Below are positions 58,682 to 64,000 of a stretch of DNA of 64,000 nucleotides, in pieces; position 1 is the stretch's first letter; the number at the start of each line of letters is the position of its first letter. Below the pieces are notes generated by a model. That model did not search any database. It saw only the letters and a list, made by a program, of their open reading frames with translations, and was not told the DNA's origin. Made by a program: the position numbers and the translations under genes. The DNA is from an uncultured Candidatus Saccharibacteria bacterium. Its GTDB lineage: Bacteria > Patescibacteriota > Minisyncoccia > Phycocordibacterales > PALSA-1337. Where the stretch lies: assembly GCA_964467225.1 (NCBI GenBank), contig CAYXPQ010000003.1, forward strand, positions 4,276 to 68,275. The letters run 5' to 3'.

Positions 58682-59875
58682 CTATTTTAAAAATGACTTC
58701 TTTCTCAACAGTTTGTGATAATTTATTGCGAATCTATGTGCTTCTGCATTAGCTAGCAGAATAGCTTTTGAATGATCTTTAGCTAAATTTTCATCACCTA
58801 GGAAATAGCTTGGCTTATGTGAATCGTTCTTTACAACTGATACTACTGGTATATTGCCAATAACAGATTTGGCTGCATTAATCTGTGAAATTCCCCCGTC
58901 TATTACAATCAGATTTGGCATACCCCATTCTTCGTGCCTTAATCTTCTTATTAGAATTTCTTTTAAATTATTTATATCATCATTTGAATCTTTTGAGAGT
59001 TTAAATTTCTTATATTCTGATTTTGTCATTTCTCCATCAATCACCACTGTCATAACACCAACAGTGTTATTGCCAGACATATGTGCTATGTCATAAGCTT
59101 CAATCCTAAATCCGTTCAAATCAATTTCCCTATCCCTTTTAATCAATGAAACATCTTGAATGTGATTGAGGGCATATATTGTATTTCTAACTTTTTGAGC
59201 TCTTTCAAAATCTTGATCTTTGACATAATCATTCATCTCCTTTTCAAGAGTTTTGATCAATTCTTTCTTTTTGCCTTGGAAGAACAGTACAAGGTTTCTA
59301 ATGGTTCTTTGATATTCTTTTTTTGACTCTGGCGAATCAGTTGTTGGTGATAGGCCTATTGATTTATAGAATGATTCTTGGTATTTTAATTTAGATTTCT
59401 CATCTCGAAAGGGGAAAATTTTCCTAATTATTTTTAGTGCATCTCTAAGGAGATTGCCTTGTGGATATGGACCGAATTGATACTTAATTTTATCTTTAAA
59501 AGCGTTTAATGATCTTTCTCTAACTATACAAACCCGAGGAAATTCTTCTTCAGTTATCACCACAAGATTGTAGCTTCTATCATCCTTCTCTTTTGTATTG
59601 AAATATGGCTGATGTTTTTTTATTTCATTACTTTCTAAAATTATAGCCTCCAATACTGAATCTGTTTCAATATAATCTATGCTACTTGCTTTAGTAACCA
59701 TATCTACAAGTCGAGGACCCCTAGTCTCTATTAAATCATTAGAAAAATAACTCTTCACCCTATCTCTTAGTGAAGTTGCTCTCCCTATATACTGAATCTT
59801 ATTTTCACTGTCTTTAAAAATATAAATTCCAGGAGATTCAGGTAAATTCAAATTTTTGAATTCTTGACTGGTCAT
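58682..59875 (-). CDS. uvrC: Excinuclease subunit C (short)
   Basis: PESPGIY, YIGRA.SLR.RV.SYF, RIEAYDIAH, IDGG, EAHRFAI. Confidence 0.93.
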   Translation of the reverse strand: MTSQEFKNLNLPESPGIYIFKDSENKIQYIGRATSLRDRVKSYFSNDLIETRGPRLVDMVTKASSIDYIETDSVLEAIILESNEIKKHQPYFNTKEKDDRSYNLVVITEEEFPRVCIVRERSLNAFKDKIKYQFGPYPQGNLLRDALKIIRKIFPFRDEKSKLKYQESFYKSIGLSPTTDSPESKKEYQRTIRNLVLFFQGKKKELIKTLEKEMNDYVKDQDFERAQKVRNTIYALNHIQDVSLIKRDREIDLNGFRIEAYDIAHMSGNNTVGVMTVVIDGEMTKSEYKKFKLSKDSNDDINNLKEILIRRLRHEEWGMPNLIVIDGGISQINAAKSVIGNIPVVSVVKNDSHKPSYFLGDENLAKDHSKAILLANAEAHRFAINYHKLLRKKSFLK

Positions 59876-59881
59876 AATTAA

Positions 59882-62506
59882 CTATCTCTTCAAAACTTTC
59901 TTCAAATAATGTCCTGTATAAGACTTCTCATTTCGAGCAACATCTTCTGGTGTTCCTCTTGCTACCAATTTGCCTCCTCTAGATCCTCCATCTGGTCCTA
60001 TATCTATTATATAATCCGCTGATTTTATCAAGTCGAGATTGTGTTCAATCACCACTACTGTATTTCCTTTATCAACTAACTTTTGTAATATCTCAATTAA
60101 CTTTTTAACATCTTCATAATGCAATCCGACTGTAGGCTCATCTAATAGATAAATAGTTTTTTGCAAATGAGCTCTATATAGTTCAGATGAGATTTTGACT
60201 CTTTGAGCTTCTCCTCCTGAAAGGGTTGTTGCTGATTGGCCTAATTTCAAATATCCCAATCCCACTTCCGAAAGTGTTATTAATCTATCATAAACAGCAG
60301 GAATATCCTCAAAGAAAATCAATCCATCTTCTACAGTCATTTCCAGAACATCAAATACACTTTTACTTTTATATTTGACATCAAGTGTTTCTTTTGTAAA
60401 TCTCTTGCCCTGACAAACTTCACAAGTTACATACACAGTAGGTAGGAAATGCATTTCAACTGCTATTTCCCCATTTCCCTGACATGCTTCGCATCTTCCA
60501 CCTTTCACATTGAAAGAGAATCTTCCTGGTCCCCAACCATGAGCCCTAGCTTCAGCTGATGCAGAAAATAAATCACGAATGTGAGTCCAAGCGCCGGTAT
60601 AAGTTACAGGATTTGATCTGGGAGTTCTACCGATTGCGCTTTGATCGATCAATATTGTTCTACCCAAATATTCGCTACCTGTAAAACTTTCACAATTAAA
60701 TATTTTTGCTGTTCTATGTCTGAACTCTAGTTTAGCTTCAAGATTTTTATGTAATATTTCATACATAAAAGAAGATTTGCCTGAACCAGATACTCCTGTA
60801 ATAACATTGAGACAGCCGAGAGGAACTTCAACGTCTAAATCCTTAATATTGAATATATTTCCTCCTTTAACTATCAATTTACCTTTCGGCTCTCGTCTTT
60901 TTTCTGGAATTTCTACTCTTTTTTCATTTCTTAAATATGAAAGGGTTAATGACCCTGAGGTATTCTTTTTCGCTGTAAGAAGATCATCCAAATACCCAGA
61001 TACCACAACTTTGCCACCGTGAACACCAGCTCCAGGACCAATATCAACGATGTAGTCCGATGCAAACATGGTATCTTCATCGTGTTCAACTACTATAATA
61101 GTGTTACCCAAATCCCTAAGAGTTGTAAGAGTTTTGATCAATCTATCATTATCTCTTTGATGCAGACCTATTGTTGGTTCATCAAGTACATATAAAGCAC
61201 CAACAAGACCTGAGCCTAGCTGAGAGGCGAGACGAATTCTTTGGGCTTCTCCTCCTGATAAAGTATGAGCTCTTCGATCTAAAGTTAAATATTCGATCCC
61301 AACATTAATCATAAATTGAAGTCTGGATTCTATTTCTTTCAAAATAACTTTTGCAATTTCCTTTTCTGTCTCTGTTAACTTTATATCCTTAAAGAAGACT
61401 TCTGCTTCTTCAATAGACATGGAAGTAACATTTACAATATTTTTTGAATCAATTCTTACATGTAAGGCTTCATCACGAAGTCTCGCACCCTTGCAAGTCT
61501 CACAAGTCTCATTGCTAAAGAATTCTCTAGTTCCTAATCCATTACAGGTTGGACATGCTCCGTATGGTGAGTTAAATGAAAATAATCTAGGCTCTATTTC
61601 AGGATATGAGAATCCATCATATGGACACATGAATTTCACGGACATTAATTTCTCTTCATCCGGAAATTCAATTTTGATCAAACCTTGAGCTTCTTCTATA
61701 GCTTTTTCTAAAGCTTCTGAAAGTCTTTCTTTTGCATTCTCAAATTTTTTGGTATCACGCCCAACAACCTTAAACTCTGTAAGGAAAATTTCATCGACAA
61801 GCACATCAATATCATGCTTCTTATTTTTGTCTAAAATAATCTGTTCTCTTAGGCGAACTACATTGCCATCAACTTTGACTTTGTCATAGCCTTTGCCAAG
61901 TAGATCATACAAAAGCTGGTAATATTCACCCTTTCTTCCAACAACAACTGGAGCATAAATTTTGACCTTTTGGTCACTTATATCTATACCCATTACACTT
62001 TTACCTGCTCTATTGTGAGTTGTGACTTGCTTGATTATTGTATTCAATATTTCCTCCTTTGAAATTCTATGAATTTCTCTTCCACATGTTAAACAATGAG
62101 GCTTACCGACTCTGGCAAATAGAATTCTCAAATAATCATATATTTCTGTAGTGGTTGCCACAGTAGAGCGAGGATTATTTGATCTTGATTTCTGATCTAT
62201 TGAAATTGCAGGAGAAAGTCCGATTATCTCATCTACATCAGGCTTTTGCATTTGCCTCAAGAATTGTCTCGCGTATGAAGACAAAGACTCAACATATCTT
62301 CTTTGACCCTCTGCAAAAATAGTATCAAATGCAAGAGAAGATTTGCCTGAACCAGACAGACCAGTGATGGCTATCATCTTATTTCTTGGCATTTCAACGG
62401 TAATATTCTTAAGATTATGCGTTCTAGCACCACGAACAATGATCTGCTCATCACCGCGCTCATTAAAATGCTTATTTTCAGGATTTTTGGACTCCTTTTT
62501 TGACAT
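59882..62506 (-). CDS. uvrA: Excinuclease subunit A
   Basis: GARTHNLKN, GLSGSGKSS, two LSGGEAQR motifs, zinc fingers. Confidence 0.98.
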   Translation of the reverse strand: MSKKESKNPENKHFNERGDEQIIVRGARTHNLKNITVEMPRNKMIAITGLSGSGKSSLAFDTIFAEGQRRYVESLSSYARQFLRQMQKPDVDEIIGLSPAISIDQKSRSNNPRSTVATTTEIYDYLRILFARVGKPHCLTCGREIHRISKEEILNTIIKQVTTHNRAGKSVMGIDISDQKVKIYAPVVVGRKGEYYQLLYDLLGKGYDKVKVDGNVVRLREQIILDKNKKHDIDVLVDEIFLTEFKVVGRDTKKFENAKERLSEALEKAIEEAQGLIKIEFPDEEKLMSVKFMCPYDGFSYPEIEPRLFSFNSPYGACPTCNGLGTREFFSNETCETCKGARLRDEALHVRIDSKNIVNVTSMSIEEAEVFFKDIKLTETEKEIAKVILKEIESRLQFMINVGIEYLTLDRRAHTLSGGEAQRIRLASQLGSGLVGALYVLDEPTIGLHQRDNDRLIKTLTTLRDLGNTIIVVEHDEDTMFASDYIVDIGPGAGVHGGKVVVSGYLDDLLTAKKNTSGSLTLSYLRNEKRVEIPEKRREPKGKLIVKGGNIFNIKDLDVEVPLGCLNVITGVSGSGKSSFMYEILHKNLEAKLEFRHRTAKIFNCESFTGSEYLGRTILIDQSAIGRTPRSNPVTYTGAWTHIRDLFSASAEARAHGWGPGRFSFNVKGGRCEACQGNGEIAVEMHFLPTVYVTCEVCQGKRFTKETLDVKYKSKSVFDVLEMTVEDGLIFFEDIPAVYDRLITLSEVGLGYLKLGQSATTLSGGEAQRVKISSELYRAHLQKTIYLLDEPTVGLHYEDVKKLIEILQKLVDKGNTVVVIEHNLDLIKSADYIIDIGPDGGSRGGKLVARGTPEDVARNEKSYTGHYLKKVLKR

Positions 62507-62549
62507 AGTTATTAACTATAACAATATATAAATAATAGGCAAATCCTAA

Positions 62550-63350
62550 CTATTTGTTATCTAGTACTTCTTTAACTTCCCTTATAATTTCCTCTAGTGA
62601 GGCTGCGGCTTTAACGATAAATCTTTTAGCTCCCAAAAACTTAGCTTTATCAATGTAATTCTGAGTATTCATATTTGACAATATAACAACTGGAAGCTTT
62701 CGGAGTTTTTCCATTGATCTCATTTTCTCTAATATATCTATACCAGTCATTCCAGGTAATAATATATCTAGAACGACTATATCTGGAATTTCCTTTTCTA
62801 AGTATGCAAATGCCTCCTCAGAATTTGAAGCCTTATTCAAAATAAACCCTGCTTTTAATAATTTTTTTGAAAGAATAACGCTTAATAACTTATCGTCTTC
62901 AACCCAAAGGATTTTCCTCTGCGCCCCTATTGGCACATTATTTTCCTTATTTTGATTATCGTCTACTTTTTGCGATTGTCTACCAAAAACTTTATTAACT
63001 CTTTCCACTATCTCTGTAGGTTCAATATGAGGCTTGATTACTATCTCTTTAATAGTTGGAGTTGAAGGAATTTTTTTCATCTCAATTGGCAAGCCAGAAT
63101 TAGAAACAATTATGACTGGAATCTTTGTGATAAATCTATCGAAACTCTTTTCGGTTAAAATGTCATAGCCGTTCTTGTCAGATAATGATATATCGATAAT
63201 GAGTAAATCAGGAGAAAAACTTTTTAAATTTTCAATTACTTTTGTACCATCACGGAGAACGAGAGTCTTATACTCTAGCTTACCGAGTTCATTGTCAGTA
63301 GTATCAGCTAGAGTTACATCGCTTATAGCAATGAGAATTTTCTCTTTCAT
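62550..63350 (-). CDS. Response regulator with two receiver domains and no output domain
   Basis: PDLLIID...GY and VEDD...PDIVVLDILLPGMTG...K. Confidence 0.88.
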   Translation of the reverse strand: MKEKILIAISDVTLADTTDNELGKLEYKTLVLRDGTKVIENLKSFSPDLLIIDISLSDKNGYDILTEKSFDRFITKIPVIIVSNSGLPIEMKKIPSTPTIKEIVIKPHIEPTEIVERVNKVFGRQSQKVDDNQNKENNVPIGAQRKILWVEDDKLLSVILSKKLLKAGFILNKASNSEEAFAYLEKEIPDIVVLDILLPGMTGIDILEKMRSMEKLRKLPVVILSNMNTQNYIDKAKFLGAKRFIVKAAASLEEIIREVKEVLDNK

Positions 63351-63437
63351 GTAATAAATTATAACACAGATTTATTATGATTATTTTTATTGAATTGAAA
63401 AGAGGTAATTTTGTGGATAAGATTTGTTTTTTATGGC

Positions 63438-64000
63438 TTAAATCTTTGGTTTTTTAGACATTTTCTTAATTTTATTTTTCTCATTTTCCAATTTTTTGTT
63501 CAAAGCAATAATCTCATCTCTAATAATTGCAGCAGATTCAAAATCCAATGCCTGCACTGCTCTTTCCATTTCTTTCTCCTTTTCTTTAATGAATTTCTGT
63601 GGGTTAGTTCTGATCAATTCCTCATCCATCTTCATTAATTCATTTACAGCTTTATCATGTTCAGTTCTTAGTTGATCTGTAATATCATGTATCTGCTTTA
63701 ATATCGTCTTTGGAGTTATGCCATTTTTATCATTATAATCCATTTGAATTTTCCTTCTTCTCTCTGTCTCTGATATTGCATATCTTAAAGCATCGTTCAT
63801 AACATCGACATAAAGTATGACTTTACCATTAATATTTCTGGCTGCACGGCCGATTATTTGAATCAGAGAAGTTTCAGATCTTAGAAATCCTGCCTTGTCT
63901 GCGTCTAATATACCAATCAGAGAAACTTCTGGCAGATCAAGTCCTTCTCGAAGCAAATTTACTCCCACCAAACAATCAAATTTACCTTTTCTAAAGTCTG
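63438..64000 (-). CDS. uvrB: Excinuclease subunit B (3' part; runs off the window)
   Basis: [43 protein letters not shown]. Confidence 0.97.
   Translation of the reverse strand, partial: DFRKGKFDCLVGVNLLREGLDLPEVSLIGILDADKAGFLRSETSLIQIIGRAARNINGKVILYVDVMNDALRYAISETERRRKIQMDYNDKNGITPKTILKQIHDITDQLRTEHDKAVNELMKMDEELIRTNPQKFIKEKEKEMERAVQALDFESAAIIRDEIIALNKKLENEKNKIKKMSKKPKI

Noticed and set aside
2163-63638. Many antisense or overlapping ORFs in the track (e.g. 6976-7287, 14236-14598, 18336-18743, 39198-39497, 44436-44915, 56976-57260)
   Set aside because: They shadow well-supported genes and show no recognisable motifs or expression signals.

Overview
AT-rich bacterial chromosome segment. Gene content and style point to a Patescibacteria/CPR (Parcubacteria-like) genome (inference): shortened AlaRS/ValRS/UvrC, archaeal-type AspRS, an FtsA-like + baseplate-J-like pair, and few Shine-Dalgarno signals. 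Most of it is housekeeping: the infA-rpmJ-rpsM-rpsK-rpsD-rpoA-rplQ-rplM-rpsI cluster, grpE/dnaK/dnaJ, six aminoacyl-tRNA synthetases, scpAB-ftsW-murG, murE, dnaB-recR, uvrBAC and tRNA-Ala(TGC). Best lead: after aspS (24617-24839) a non-canonical 69-nt tRNA-Ala/tmRNA-like cloverleaf (G3:U70, canonical T-arm) sits in a long precursor helix. It is followed by an apparently separately promoted and terminated ~65-nt RNA with three segments complementary to it (16, 9 and 8 bp) and a tmRNA-like ATAACT motif, suggesting a trans-paired two-gene tmRNA or a tRNA-like/guide RNA pair. Other leads: about 11 self-contained single-gene cassettes, some in tandem with duplicated hairpins; an acyl-ACP-reductase-like enzyme between two 7TM histidine kinases; a racemase/D-Asp-ligase-like/AsnB island next to murE; a probable replication terminus near 38 kb with inverted repeats around a nuclease-like gene; and widespread leaderless-type promoters. 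All product calls come from motif recognition by eye; no database search was run.
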